Part shown: positions 31,386-45,820 of the stretch, one piece after another
How the letters are laid out: every line of letters starts with the position of its first letter
Position numbering within the stretch: position 1 is the first letter of the stretch
DNA from: Eledone cirrhosa
Taxonomy: Eukaryota
Direction of reading: 5' to 3'
DNA length: 64,000 nucleotides
Assembly: GCA_964016885.1 (NCBI GenBank)
Contig: OZ024746.1
Coordinates: 55,738,001 to 55,802,000 of the forward strand
Made by a program: the position numbers and the translations under genes
The notes under the pieces: model-generated
The model's database searches: none
What the model was told of the DNA's origin: nothing
The model's input: the letters and a program-made list of their open reading frames with translations, nothing else

Positions 31386-31626
31386 GCCCAATTTTTCTCC
31401 AGTTCTTCCTTCCCGTGCTTTCATTGATTTGATATTTTTTAAGGAAGAAAACATGAATTCATTATTATACTTTAAAATTCCAGTTAATATATTGTTTCAT
31501 TCCAGTTGAATAAATCAGTCTGAATTCTTCAATTTATAGCTAAAAAATTATTGCGCAAATCACGAGTGATGTACGCAAGCACATTTACACAGATACATAC
31601 ACATATATGCACACCTACACTCTTAC

Positions 31627-31664
<38 letters not shown>

Positions 31665-31677
31665 ATGTGTGTGTATG

Positions 31678-31719
<42 letters not shown>

Positions 31720-31790
31720 ATTATATATATATATATATATATACATGTATATATATATATATTTATGTATATATATATATATTTATATAT

Positions 31791-31831
<41 letters not shown>

Positions 31832-31864
31832 CTCCTACATATATGATAAATTTATATATCTGAA

Positions 31865-31911
<47 letters not shown>

Positions 31912-33439
31912 CTGTTTGTATGTGTGTGTGAAATTCCAAAGATGTATGCAGAGTAAAATAAAGAAGTCAAATTCATATATTTTATATGGAAATAAAAATT
32001 GTATTATGAAATTTTTCGGTACGCATGTCTCTTTTTAAACAAATATATATGCATATATACACACACGCATATATATATGTGTATGTGTGTGTGTGTGTTT
32101 GTGTTTATATATATGTGTGTGTTTGCTTGTGTGAGTTTGTGGTGAAACCTTGTTACCTACGTGTACAAATATAAAGCTAAACGTTATAACACCGACATAT
32201 ATAATGCGAAATAGAATCACAACGCGAAACCTCAGAGTGTCATAGCAACGTAAGATATTGAAAATTTATTTTAGGTAATTCTACTAAAAACTGTCATTGA
32301 AATTGCAATAAGTTACAGGCCTATTCTTATTAAGGTATCTGTGCCTTAGATCATTTCTCCAAACTGTCACGTCACATACCGAAAACAAAATAATATCTAG
32401 ATTCCACAATGGAAATAATATATTATCTATTCACGAACAGAAAGTTTCTCTGACACATCCCGGATAAAATTACACTGTTGAACTTCTACACTACTGTTAA
32501 CCGTAAGCCAAAATATGCCCTACTTACATGGGAAGCAGAACTATTTTATCAGTTCATTGAGACTCTCAGAGAGAGAAGTATGATAACATTGATGACAAAC
32601 TGAGAGATTTTTTCAAATGTGAAACTAACAGATTGCGACGTTAGTACAGCAAGTTGATACAGTCAAACTTAAAGTAATCAAACATTTCTGTAATAATTAT
32701 GTTTCCCCGGCAAATGCCTGAGTTTGGGAATGACATAGCTCTATACTGGTTATAGATGGATAATCTTCAAATCTCTAGAGAAATCCACCTCGTGGTCGCA
32801 CGTGGCTGCCTGGGAAAAGCGTTAATTATTCCATTTCGTTGGTCTCACTTCTGCATGTGAAAAATTTCTCACCGATACCAGTTAATGAAGTGGCTATGTG
32901 ACAAAAATGACGGAAGTTTCCTCCGCCACAGCTTCCTCGACACTGTACTCATCAAGAACTTCAGAATAACATCGACTGTACTAAATGACAATAAATCAAT
33001 TACAATTCGCAAACATGGCAATACCAATTAGTACATAATCATGGATAAAATGGAATACATCATGCTCCAGGTTCATAGTAATTTGAAGAGAATTACAACT
33101 AAGACACTAAACTTTATTAAATAACTACAATATTTAAAGCAGCCACAAGCAACCTGTGGCCGCGAAGCTTTCTGAATGGCTCGGCTAAGTCACCTAAGTG
33201 AAATCTTTCTGATTTTTTGCCCCAGCTTTTCAGTCGTAATTCATCTTTCTATCAATTTTATGATCGAGAAAATCAACGTGTACGAATTCTGAAGATTAAA
33301 TCAAAACAAACTGAGTTACCACCCTTTTTCTTAATGTGGGCATGAATGTAAATTAGCGCTTGCGGCTCGCCAGATGATGAACCATATCTCATGCGGCCCT
33401 CATCACGAAAAGAGTTGCCCATGCCTGATTTAAAGCATA

Positions 33440-33592
33440 CTGAAGCGAAAACCAAACCAAATAGTGAATGGGTTTTACTATATTTTTCTGGCAATATTAA
33501 GACAACATGGCCCTTCCAAAATATAACAATATCTGTTTCAAGACACAATTTTATATCAAAAAACCTTGCAAAAGAAATAAATCGCCGCTAAT
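33440..33592 (+). mobile_element. Diverged family-A PLE extreme 3' terminus
   Basis: gaagcgaaaacc...tctggcaatatta..acatggcccttccaaaatataacaatatctgtttcaagacac...atcgccgcta resembles 10487-10638. Confidence 0.7.
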
Positions 33593-34459
33593 ATAGAATT
33601 AATTTCCATTTTAAAATCCACGACAAAGTTACATCAAACAAATCTAACAGATCTCTCCGGACAATAGTCATTCAATGCAAAACGACCAAACAGCGAATTT
33701 CTAAACGACCGGATACCATTATAACGTATACATTCCAGTTTATAACTGTATACAATCAGCAGAAGAATTCCACAAAACCACTCCACTCTGAAAGTAGAGT
33801 ACGTTTTCATTAGTCTACCAGTTATGGAAACAATATATATAATATACCTACCTTTCTATTCAAACCATCCTATAGAACATTTTTTTATTGGTATGAGAAG
33901 AGAAAGCATTTGTCCAATCCTCCATATTTCTCAGAGAGAATTATCTCCCTTGGTTATTTTAAGGACGAACAGTTCACTATACAGGAATCGTTCCGTATTG
34001 TAACGAACTCTTTTAAGTCACTTTAAGGCACTTTAAGGTCCTGTCAGGTCATTTTAATATGACTTACACACATTACACAAACACACAAATTATACGTATG
34101 TGTGTGTGTGTGTGAGTGTGTGTCTGTGTTTGTGTGTGTTTGTGTGTGTGTGTGTGTATGTGTGTATGCGTGCTTCTAAGTCTGTGCCCGAAAGTATGTG
34201 TGTGTTTGAGTTGTATATCGCTGTAGAAGAAGAATGTTGAATGTAGTGTCACGCACTGTTATTGAAATCGGAACTACGTTTGTAACTTGACATTCGTAAC
34301 CACAAGATACGTTTCTGGCTGGACATAATGTCTTTCCACCGCAATGCAATACGTCGAAATCATTGGCCGTTTTTCTTCATCAGGCGTATCACTCCTTGCA
34401 TTACCTAACGCATGGAAATTATATTTTTGACTTTGTAATAAGATCGATATATATACGTA

Positions 34460-34526
<67 letters not shown>

Positions 34527-34536
34527 TATATATATA

Positions 34537-34675
<139 letters not shown>

Positions 34676-34835
34676 TATCGCTCTACATGGCTGAATACAA
34701 TAAATATAATCAGAGGTTTTCGAATATTTTAATAATAAAATTCGATTCGTTTGCAATAGTGCAAACAGCTTCATTTGTAAAGCCATGTCAGTAGAATGAG
34801 CCCCTCATTCTTGCTCTTGTGTTGGCATGTAAATA

Positions 34836-34885
34836 GAACTGCAGACACTAATGTTTCTGGGTATCACCCTTTATCAGTCCAGTTC
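34836..34885 (-). ncRNA. Variant type I hammerhead-like motif
   Basis: GAACUGgA-CUGAUAA-AGGGU gau ACCC-a-GAAA-CA uuag UG-UC-UgCAGUUC: stem I has 7 of 8 pairs. Confidence 0.55.
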
Positions 34886-35188
34886 GCCTGCCAACTGTCA
34901 GAGCTAGTGAAAATATGCAAGCAATAGGACGCGTGTTTTTCCTGCCAACGACATATCAAACATATCGATTTTCATCTAAGGATACAGTTCTCATAATCAA
35001 CAGCAAATGCGCGAAGGAAATCTCGATTGTATGGAGAACCGTGGAGATAATTATAATGATTAAACGATATATGTAACCACAGCAACTTATTTTGTTATTT
35101 TTATAAAATTAGCTAACGTAACTAAAAACAACGATTGTTAAGAGCTTTCTCCTGCTTACTCCTGTTTTACCAAAACAATCTTTTTCGA

Positions 35189-35256
<68 letters not shown>

Positions 35257-35258
35257 CT

Positions 35259-35384
<126 letters not shown>

Positions 35385-35390
35385 CTATAC

Positions 35391-35464
<74 letters not shown>

Positions 35465-35466
35465 CT

Positions 35467-35570
<104 letters not shown>

Positions 35571-37517
35571 ATAAGAATATATATATTTATAAATGTTTGA
35601 TACAACTACAACACTTTGTATATATATATATATAATTGAGATGAGCGGAACAAGTAAAATTCAAACAACCTTTCAAAATAAATTCAAAAAATATAATTTA
35701 AATATTTACCTATCCATATTCATTTTACCAACGGCCTCGCCTGACAAAAGATTGGATATCCGAGGGACTTCCAATGGAAAGTTCGGCTCTTCAGAAAGCA
35801 TTTTGCCTTACATAGGAAATAAAGTTCCACAGCCGGCAAATATATTGCCTTCAGCCAGCTCTGATGATGGGTCTTGACCTTTAATGTAGAAACTGTAGTA
35901 CCTATTTCAATAGGTTAAGAGAAATGCTAAAATGTAAGTAGATTTTCCAGCAAAATTAGAGATGGAGCAAATTGCATTTGTAACAACGTTTAGGTATGTT
36001 CGTCTTGTGTCCGTGGTTGCGAGGACAATTACCACCTACAATTTCTAAAGGATAAGAAATACCTTATAAATGAAATTTAATTGAAAGAGACTTGGGAGAA
36101 TCCTCGGATGTATGACGCCAGTAAAACCGATTAAGTCTACTGCTCAGGTAGGCAACTGTGAGCTTTGAAATCAGGATGTAATATATCAGAACAAATACCA
36201 CAAGTCCCCTCATTCTATGTACTAACATTTAAGATAATACACCGAGCACTGCTATGTTTTGTTTTGTCGTACCCTGGAAGTATGGAAGGAAGATTTACGC
36301 TTAGCGGAACCTGAAATCAGAATTTGAAATCGGACTTTAAATCAAGAATGCTAAAACCGGGAAATATATCAAGGCATCGGCTCTCTTACAGTATGACAAA
36401 TTTTAACCAACTCCAAATTCCATGGCTAACATGACCTGATAAGCACTTTCGCTCCAACACTGTTATGTCTAAATTCCGGTTTTCTACTAAACCCAATATA
36501 AAGCAAATAATATAGGAACACATAAAAGTCTAAATGAAGTGGAAGAAATTGGAGAAATAAGGTTGACTTAAAACAAATGATTGATGTGAACTAAGAGAAA
36601 ACCAAGCGTAGAGCAGATGCACTGCAGAAGACTCAGCGAATCGACAAATTTTAGGGTTTGAATTACAGATTCTATTTCATCGTCAATAACATTGCTTTTG
36701 ACAGATAAACAGTTAACTGATAGTAAATATTTATACCGTCCGCTGTCCTTGCAATAATTGACTCTCCATGTTATTGGATTCGATTTAATGAAATGGCGTG
36801 TTGAATTTGATATTTCCATTTTTGTTTGCTATTTTAATCTGATGATTAATGAGAATATTAATGATAAAGCAACAACATCTTTGGTGCACCAAACAAATCT
36901 GCTATAATGTGCAATCCAAAGCCGAAATATGCCAAGAAAATATTTAGAAAAATAGTAACATTTGAAAATAATGTAATTCTGTCTGGTTGAACAATGTCGT
37001 CAGACCTGCTGGAAAAAGCAAATTGGCTTATCGTCAAAACGGATTAAGGAAATATATTTCTAGTGCGTTTCCCGTTGCTCATAATATCTGCCAGCTCTTT
37101 CACTGGTGACGAGAGAAGGCGGAAATGTGAACTCAGAACCCATATGACTGGAACAGATAACACAAAGCAGTTCATCCATTGCATTAACAATTTTGCCACC
37201 CTATCAACATTTGACTGTTTCAATGTTTAGTGATCCGTAAAGGAAGAATCCTAGATTTAATCCTAGCAAATAGAAGCAACATATCCGGAAAATTAAAGCC
37301 TATCATAAAAAAAATGAATGGTGTTTTGTATAACACACACCCAGCTATAGAAGTGAAGAAAGAACAGTAGAATAATGTGTGCTTAAGAAACAACTTTGTT
37401 CGAATGTTTCATCGATGAAGACTGATTTAAGCATACATAGTGAACATCAGCGATTGCGTTTCAAACAGACAATATATATATATATATATATATGTGTGGG
37501 TGTGTATGTGTGTGTGT

Positions 37518-37590
<73 letters not shown>

Positions 37591-37723
37591 CGCGTGTGTG
37601 TGTGTGTGTGTGTGTGCTTGTGTGTGTGTGCTCGTGTGTTAGGTAATACAGAAAGAAAAGCAAAGGAAAAAAAGAGTGCTCTATGTATAGAACAGAGCTA
37701 TTTAATTAGTGTTGTTCGCTTTC

Positions 37724-37801
<78 letters not shown>

Positions 37802-37804
<3 letters not shown>

Positions 37805-38252
37805 CGAAACAAATATTGTTATGCTTGAGATGGGTCATACTGTTTGGTTGGTTTTCGCTTCCGTATCCGTTACATCTCCACAGTTAATTCATTCGGTCCT
37901 CAATGTTTACCATTAACTGACCAACGGTCAAAAATACAGATATAATATAGATATAAACACATATATATATAGAAAGATGGCGTAGATATACAATACAACA
38001 AGAGGAACATAATAGCACCACTGACGATGTTGCAGCTGTGCAATGAAATAACTTTGTTAGCCTATATATATGTGGTTATATCGATATTATATCTGTACTT
38101 TTGACCGTCGGTGAGTCAATGGCAAACATTGAGGACCAAATGAATTAACCATGGAGATACAGAAGCGAAAACCAACCAAACAGTGAGTGTGTTCTGTTAT
38201 TATTTCTGCCAATATTATTACAACAATATGACCCTCCCCAAGTATAACAATA
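37802..38252 (+). mobile_element. Fold-back element of family-A PLE 3' ends (subfamily A3)
   Basis: Inverted arms around a central segment with HHR core ctgacgatgttgcagctgtgcaatgaaa at 38021-38048; microsatellite on both sides. Confidence 0.85.
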
Positions 38253-38266
38253 TGTATATATATATG

Positions 38267-38297
<31 letters not shown>

Positions 38298-39518
38298 AGA
38301 TCAAAAGATGGTTAAAAGAGTTCCATGTATTTTATTATGCGCATTTCAAAAACAAATATCATCATGCGATGACATTTGCGTTTTCGTCAGATAAAATAGG
38401 GAGATATGATATGAAGTTTAAAAAACACTTGTGAATAGTGCAGTTTTAAATCAACATATGAAAAGTAGTTTTAGATTGATGTGTGATATTGGGAAAAAAT
38501 TTGAAGGGGGGGATGACAAAGAGGGGGAGATGAGAGTAAAGAATGGAGAGGGAGGAGTATAATAAGGAAGGATGAGATAGGAGGAGAGATGGGTGATACA
38601 GGTAGAGAGAGAGAGAGATAGCTTTTATAACTGAGAAAAATATATTGTTGTACTGAGAGAGGTTAAAAAACAGTTGGAAGATAATATATAAATTTAAAAA
38701 AATTGAAAATTAGGGAAGAGAAAAATTTAATAATAATGTTAAATTAAGGTTTGTATATTGAAGGGTTTAATAATATGTGCGATAAAAAGAAATTGTAATA
38801 TGTATTAAGAATAATATTAAGTTAAGGTTTGAATATTGAAGGGTTTAATAATATGTGCGATGTAAAGAAATTGTTGATATGTATTGTTAAAAAAAATAAA
38901 AATAGTAATGTAATTAAGGATATATTGTGAAAAGAAGTAGAAGAGTAGATGAATTAATATATGTAAATAGTTTGTTTACAAATGAGCGCAGAAAACAAAG
39001 AAGGAGATAGTGTTTAAGGAGAAGACCTTAACATCAAAATATGTATGTTTATGAAGTATTTCCTAATGATAATAATATAATGTAATAAAGGAGATTAGTT
39101 AGGGTTTTAGTTTGATTTTATGTGTTGTGATGTGTAATATGTAGAAGTTAGACGGAGCATGAAAGGGAGTAAAAATAATGAATTGAGGATGAATAATATA
39201 ACGTCAAAAAAAATGTTTATGTTTACGAAGGATTTTTCAAAGTGATACTAAAACGTATTTACAAGGGTAATAGTAAGTTTTATGGCCAGTGATAGGATGG
39301 AAGAAGGAAGAGTGGATATATTATGGTGAGTAATAATGAGAAATGAGAAGTATCTAGGAAGAAAAAGTACAGATTAGAGGTTAGAAATTAAAAGAAAAAA
39401 GGAAAAAAAGGAAGAAAGGGAAGTTATAAATAGGAGTGATATAGAATGAGTAACTAGTATTATATAATGTATAATAAATAACATTGAAATAAGGTAGAAA
39501 GATGGGTATATTTTTAAA

Positions 39519-39565
<47 letters not shown>

Positions 39566-40774
39566 CCTTTGAGAAAAAGGATTTTAAATTGGTAAAGTAT
39601 TAGATATTAGCTGTATACTTTATGGAATATTCTGTGGAATTTATGCAAGCAGAGAGAAAACAAGTCAGTGCGTCTATTTATTATAGAATATAAATTAGAT
39701 ATAATAGTAAATTTCTCACATAAACAGAGATTACATGTCTTGGATAGAGAGGCATTCAAGTATGGAGAAGCAGAACAAACCTTCCTCCAAGAGATGTTAT
39801 AGTTAATATTTTTGTCTTTCAAGGACCATATGAGTTCTGAGAGTGCCGTGTTGGTTCTTTTAAGTTGGTATTTAAAAGACGAATGATTATAAAGACGAGC
39901 TGTAAAGGAGGTGGAAATGGAGCCAACATATGTAAAGGAATTGGTGTCAGTTATAACTTTACATTCATAGATTAAGTTTTTTTTCAAGACAATGGTTGTT
40001 GAGAGGACATTTATTTTTAACAGGGCAATTACAATTGCGATTAGAGAAATTAACAGAGTTATTAACAAGTGACCTAGTGTTATCTATAGGAGGAATTGGA
40101 TTGGAGAAATTTCTAGATTTAGATTAGGATTAAGAACATTTAACGAAGTTGCGTTTGACGTTGTATTTGGGTTTGCAGAAATTAGCCTGGAGTTAACAAT
40201 GACGTCGGGAGTACTATTACTATTAATATGATATTCAGTGTTGGAAGGAAGAGATTTAGTATTTAGTATTTTATTGTTGTGTTTAAAGATAGTGTTGGAG
40301 ATGTTGGAGGAGGTCGAATAGGAAAATGTTATAGTGTGTTTGTTAAATATTTTACTATAGATATGTGAGGGAGGGAAGCATTTATTTAAGGCACTAAAGA
40401 ATAATTTAGGAATATTATTATTAATATAGATGGAGAAAGGAGCATTATACCAGATTATGTTTTTGTATCTAGGTCTTTTATTAAAGTTATTGGAATGATC
40501 ATGATTAATTATTCTACTGTAAGATCTTCTAGGATTTGTTTCTTTACTATATTTGATTTTATCAGGATAACCGGCTTTAGAAAGCGCGTTATTATAGTAA
40601 TTGGCGTTAGCATCAAAGATGTTTTTATTAGATAATAGGTTGGATATTCTTTTTCCAATATTTGCTTTCTGCGCTCATTTGTAAACAAACTATTTACATA
40701 TATTAATTCATCCACTCTTCTACTTCTTTTCACAACATATCCTTAATTACATTACTATTTTTATTTTTTTTAAT

Positions 40775-40963
40775 AATTGTTTCTACTTTAGGCACAAGGC
40801 CAGCAATTACCCAGTGCATTACTGGTACTTTATTTTATCGACCTCGTAAGGATGAAAGGCAAAGTCAACCTCGGCGAGGTTTCAACTCAGAACGTAAAGG
40901 GACGTAACTATGCTAGAAAGCATGGCATCCGACCCTCTACCGATACTGCCAATCCACCGCCCA
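40775..40963 (-). mobile_element. tRNA-derived SINE inserted into the right arm of PLE C
   Basis: Same family as 15030-15219; absent from the homologous left arm (~38885-38900). Confidence 0.85.
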
Positions 40964-41474
40964 TTCATTTTTTTAAATAATACATAACAATTTCTTTCCA
41001 TCGCACATATTATTAAACCCTTCAATATTCAAACCTTAACTTAATATTATTCTTAATACATATTAACAATTTCTTTTCATCGCACATATTATTAAACCGT
41101 TCAATATAGAAACCTTAATTTAACATTATTCTTAAATTTTTCTCTACGCTAATTTTCAAATTCTTTTAATTATATATTATCTTCCAACGGTTTTTGAACC
41201 CCTCTCTGTGAAACAATATATTTTTCACAGTTATAAAAGCTATCTCTCTCTCTCTCTCTCTGTATCACCCATCTCTCCTCCTATCTCATTCTTCCTTATT
41301 ATACTGCTCTCCCTCCATTCGTTACTCTCATCTCCTCCTCTTTTTCATCCTTTCCAACCCCCCTCCCCTCAATTTTAAAAAAAAATATCACACATCAATC
41401 TAAAGCTATTTTCATATGTAGATTTAAAACTGCACTATTCACAAGTGTTTTTTAACCTTCATATCATGTCTCCC

Positions 41475-41545
41475 TATTTTATCTGACGAAAACGCAAATG
41501 TCATCGCATGATGATATTTGTTTTTGAAATGCGCATAATAAAATA
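41475..41545 (+). ncRNA. Type I hammerhead ribozyme (identical mirror copy 38328-38398, minus strand)
   Basis: UAUUUUAU-CUGACGA-aaacgCAAAUGUCAUC gcau GAUGAUAUUUGuuuuu-GAAA-UGCGCA-UA-AUAAAAUA. Confidence 0.85.
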
Positions 41546-41959
41546 CATGGAACTCTTTTAACCATCTTTTGATCTTATATATTATTTATACTCCAGTCCT
41601 ACAATTGTAGAGTGCTACGTATCCGATATCTGCATTGCTTTATTGTACTACAATAAAACTCACCTCCTACATATATATATATATATATATTGGTAACAAT
41701 GTAGATTATAATCTGGGTTTGTAAGATCATGGTTCCGAGATCAATCACAGTATACGGCACTTAGAGAAGTTGAGATTTGCAATACCGTTGGATTATCATC
41801 GGAATTTTGTTTAACTGTAGGTAAAGTATATTTGAAAAAAATAAATAAATAAAAATAAATAAATATATATATATATATACATATATAGAAAAAGAGATGA
41901 AATCGAAAATGCAACTGGAGTCTTATATTTTTTTTAAATATATATATTTATTTGGTTCC

Positions 41960-42011
41960 TTCGGGCCGAAGAAAGAGACACTGTCGACAGTGTCTCTTTC
42001 TTCGGCCCGAA
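41960..42011. repeat. Perfect 52 bp palindrome
   Basis: ttcgggccgaagaaagagacactgtc|gacagtgtctctttcttcggcccgaa. Confidence 0.95.
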
Positions 42012-42997
42012 AATGCTGACAAATGTTTCCCAGTGAAAAATAGTTTAATTAGGAATAAGTATAAAATAGTAATAAGTATTATTTAGTATTCAGTTTTAGT
42101 TTTAAGTTTTTACCGTTGAGTATTTCTTATGCTTTTCAAAAAATAATTTTGAGATAGAGTGCTCGTGATTTTTGCTCTCTCTTTCTCTCTCTCTCTCGCT
42201 ATATATATATTTTTTTTTTTTTTGCATTATATATAATGAATGGCTGCAATTTTATTGATGAGTATTGACGTACATGGTACATAAACACATATCATTGGTT
42301 TTCCGTACCAATGTGATACCATTACACCAACACGCTTCCCATGCTTCCTTCTATTAAATTAGAAGCTATATAACCTGGCAAACCAAAGATGTAGTTTCAT
42401 ATCCCATGTACGTCAATACTCATCCTGTTTTCCATTCAGAGGTGTGTTTTTTTAAATTCCCAACTAACAGACTAATTTTATTTAGTCTAATACAGCATAA
42501 GCACCTCCTCACCAATTCCACGGATCCTACACCGCTGAACACTCTCTCGACAACACGATCAGCGGAAAAACATTCAGGAACACACAAACATTTACACCAT
42601 TTTCGCACACACGCAACCATACATTCCCACGTATCCACACCACACAAAAACACACACACCTGATCACATACACCTAATCTGCCTCCGGACTCCACACGCC
42701 CCCTCTCTTCCACCCTTCCCGACTCCTCTCCATCCACACGCGCACACAGACTTACACCCTACCCCATATACACACTGGTTTTCCATGGGTCCTCGACATG
42801 GCTCCTCGTTCTTCCCCAAGCTCTAACAATCACATCCACACACACACACACGTACATCTACACACATGCACACACACACCAACTTCTGCCATCTCGGCTC
42901 AGACCCCCTGTTTCCTTCACCACTGTTCGTACTGCACTCTTTGTTATTGTTTTTTTTTGTTTTTTTACTTTTATATATATATATATATATATATATA

Positions 42998-43485
42998 CTA
43001 GCAGGCCCGTCCAGCTGGCGCTCGGCTAGATATACCGGCATTTTATCTTTTCAGGAATCCCCTCTCCACTCCAGTGCAAAGATTCCGCACACCCTCTTAT
43101 GTTAGCGGGGTGGGTGGGTTAACGTGCTCTGATGTTGGGTTTGAATAGTTTTTAGGATTCCCAAGTTCAGCAGCCAGTACGTTAAAAAAGTTGATAATTA
43201 CAAAAATAAAGGCTGAACAGAGAACAAATTTGTTACCAAACTTTACAATAATTTGTATAACCATAATAGAAATTTCAAGTAACAGAAAATACATAAATTA
43301 CATTGTTAGAGCCTCAGAGTATACACTATTTTGTGTTCGGCCCTCAGGAGCAAATATGAAGAGATTGTTAGGCGAGCTCACCCTACAGCATCTTACATGG
43401 GAAAACCATGGTTTTCCCAGATGAACGCCAGCTACTTTTAGTGTTTGACCCTGAGCTTTCTTGATGGTAATCGCGAAGCTTGGTC
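42998..43485 (-). mobile_element. Helitron 3' end (Pif1-like helicase C-terminus, subterminal hairpin, CTAG terminus)
   Basis: RPSFAITIKKAQGQTLKVAGVHLGKPWFSH..CRVSSPNNLFIFAPEGRTQNSVYSEAL; minus strand ends ccgagcgccagctggacgggcctgCTAG followed by T. Confidence 0.88.
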
Positions 43486-44154
43486 TCTCTGTTGCTCTAG
43501 TAACAATTTTTCTCCTGTAAAATCTGATCTTGCGGCCAGGCTGGGACTTTTTGGGTGGCATATCGGCAGCAACAATGGCGATAAGCCGCCTGTGCTTTCT
43601 TGAAATAATTACATTTGTTTATATTTTGATTTTGTGTATGCAAAAATATCTGTACACGAATATATAATTATATATATATAAATAAATACAATATCGGAGA
43701 AAGCTTTTTAGCGATACTCCGGCCAAATTCCAACTCACTCAACAAACATTAGAAAATAAGTGATTATATTCCCAATTATGCGTTCGGGGTGCTAACTAAA
43801 AGTATTGCGTGGAAAATTGGCTGTATTGTTTCATATGAGACATATCTAGTATATCTCTTCCCAGACGGACGTCTCGTTTAAATATAGGATTCCTACAATT
43901 TGGGTGAAATTATACCAATTTATGTAGGAGCCTGTATACCATCAATAGATATATAATCAAGTGGGCTCCTATAATTCATCAGTGGGTGCCCCAATAATAC
44001 TAATATTGATAATCTAACCAACATCAGTATTTAGCGATAATCATCATCCTCTGTGCCTGAGGTATCTGTCAGGTTGCGAGTCCAGCAGTTTTAAAGAAGT
44101 GCTCATACTGATTAAAAAAATGAGGAAGTAATTATATATATATATATATATATA

Positions 44155-44385
44155 TTAAAATAACAGATTAAAGTTTAAGCAGATAATCGCTGCTTTCACC
44201 CTTAATGTGATCCTCTGAAACTAAAAAAAATCAATCTGTAAAGGCAGAAGTAAATATTTCGAAAAACGTTGCAACTGAAGGAAAACAGGAAGACGATACT
44301 TTGGTTTGTGAAGACGGTCAGCAATGAGAACAATATTTGCTATATATTTATCCTTATCGAGCCCAAACATATATTATTAACTATT
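44155..44385. mobile_element. Family-B PLE terminus fragment with inverted tail
   Basis: 44157-44315 matches 4604-4760; 44341-44364 (tatatatttatccttatcgagccc) matches the tail at 62714-62737. Confidence 0.7.
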
Positions 44386-45740
44386 GAGAGGTCTTGCGGT
44401 ATATTTGCACTGAATTAATTAAAAGTTGGTTATACGCGAAGTCAATGCAGACAGACAGATATTATAAGCGTACGACCTTATAGATATGTATCTAAAGCAG
44501 ACAGCCAGACATACAGAGATATATTATAAGGACGCTACGTTATAGCTATGTATCTATCTAAAATGACAGACTAAGAAAAAGAGGAATGTTGTATAACCGG
44601 AAGTGTTGACATTTGATAATTTTAAAGAAGTGAATATTTAAATAAACGATAAAACATCTTTAATCTTTTAACGAAATTTAGAAGACAAAAAACACTCTCA
44701 CTTTCTTACTTAGACAAAGTTAGATCTATGGTGCAAATTTGGTGCTTTTTGGCCCAGCCGGTTGGCGAAAAATTTGTTACATATATATATATATTCAGAT
44801 GTGGATAAAAGTAGTTAGATTTATATATGTATATGTGCTTTCGAATTGTTATTTCCCTTTGAATATACTTTTGAATCCCATTCTAATAAATGTCTTTTTG
44901 ATTTTGGAAAAAAACTTCTCTTTTCTTTATTTGTTTTTTATCACTAGTGAAAGTAGCCTCCTTAAAGTGACGCAATGAATAACCGTTATCTTTCATATTA
45001 TTATTTTTTATTCATTTACTATATGAATGGGTACAATTGAGATGTTTCCCATAGTGTGTAATATGTGAATTGAAATTCAACAATATATTGCTTCAATTTA
45101 ATACAGGTTTTTATTCTTCTGAAGATGGAAAAGTGCAAACTATTGCTCTGTATCATTCTGTATGGATATATCTTGATTAGACGACATTGCACGTAGCATT
45201 CAGTGAGATTCTCAGCTAGATAGCCCAAACTTTCGTGGCCCCAAACTTGAACAAGCTCTATCCGACTGGACAGGTGAAGGCGCTTCTCTTTCCCAGTATA
45301 CACATGTCCAACGCAATTGTGACGACATCAAATGTACATCTTTTTTTCAGGCGGATTGAATCTGGCTTGGACTAAGACTGGCTGACGTGCCTCCGCTCCG
45401 CTTAAGAGGCAAACAATTCCGTTGCCTCCTGATCAAACGGTAACCTTCTCGAAATAAGTGCAAAGAAATAAAAAATGATCTACATTCTAATTTTTCCATT
45501 TGCATATTTGAGTGTAATTGTCCGGCGTTTATGTCTGCCTTTCCAACTTTCACACCCTAAACATCTACCGTTTCTTTTGACCAATAATAGATAAACAGAT
45601 TGAACTAATTCTGAAACTACTTGGCAATTATATACTATCATATATAATTCACTACATAAAATTGAGCTGTGTATATATATTTCTAAATTTGGTATGTGAA
45701 TATATATATATATTTATATATATAATGTAAGTATACACAT

Positions 45741-45820
<80 letters not shown>

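Larger units (their letters stand above)
38290..41670 (-). mobile_element. PLE (family C) with ~700 bp inverted 3'-end arms
   Basis: 38290-39000 is the reverse complement of 40662-41583 once the SINE is removed. GIY-YIG on the minus strand at 39607-40480 (IIWYNAPF, LIYECKV, YVGSIST, LSELIWSLKD, CNLCLCEK). Confidence 0.9.

Noticed and set aside
32380-33250. Moderately GC-richer stretch that looks like a coding relic
   Set aside because: No sustained reading frame or motif that I could recognise.
35850-35905. CUGAUGA...GAAAC motif
   Set aside because: Stem I does not pair and stem II is not adjacent to GAAA; probably decayed or chance.
45200-45360. Exon-like stretch (LEQALSDWTGEG..CDDIKCTSFFQ) faintly like a CAP/SCP domain
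   Set aside because: Bounded by stops, no convincing splice donor and no partner exons; cannot be supported without a search.
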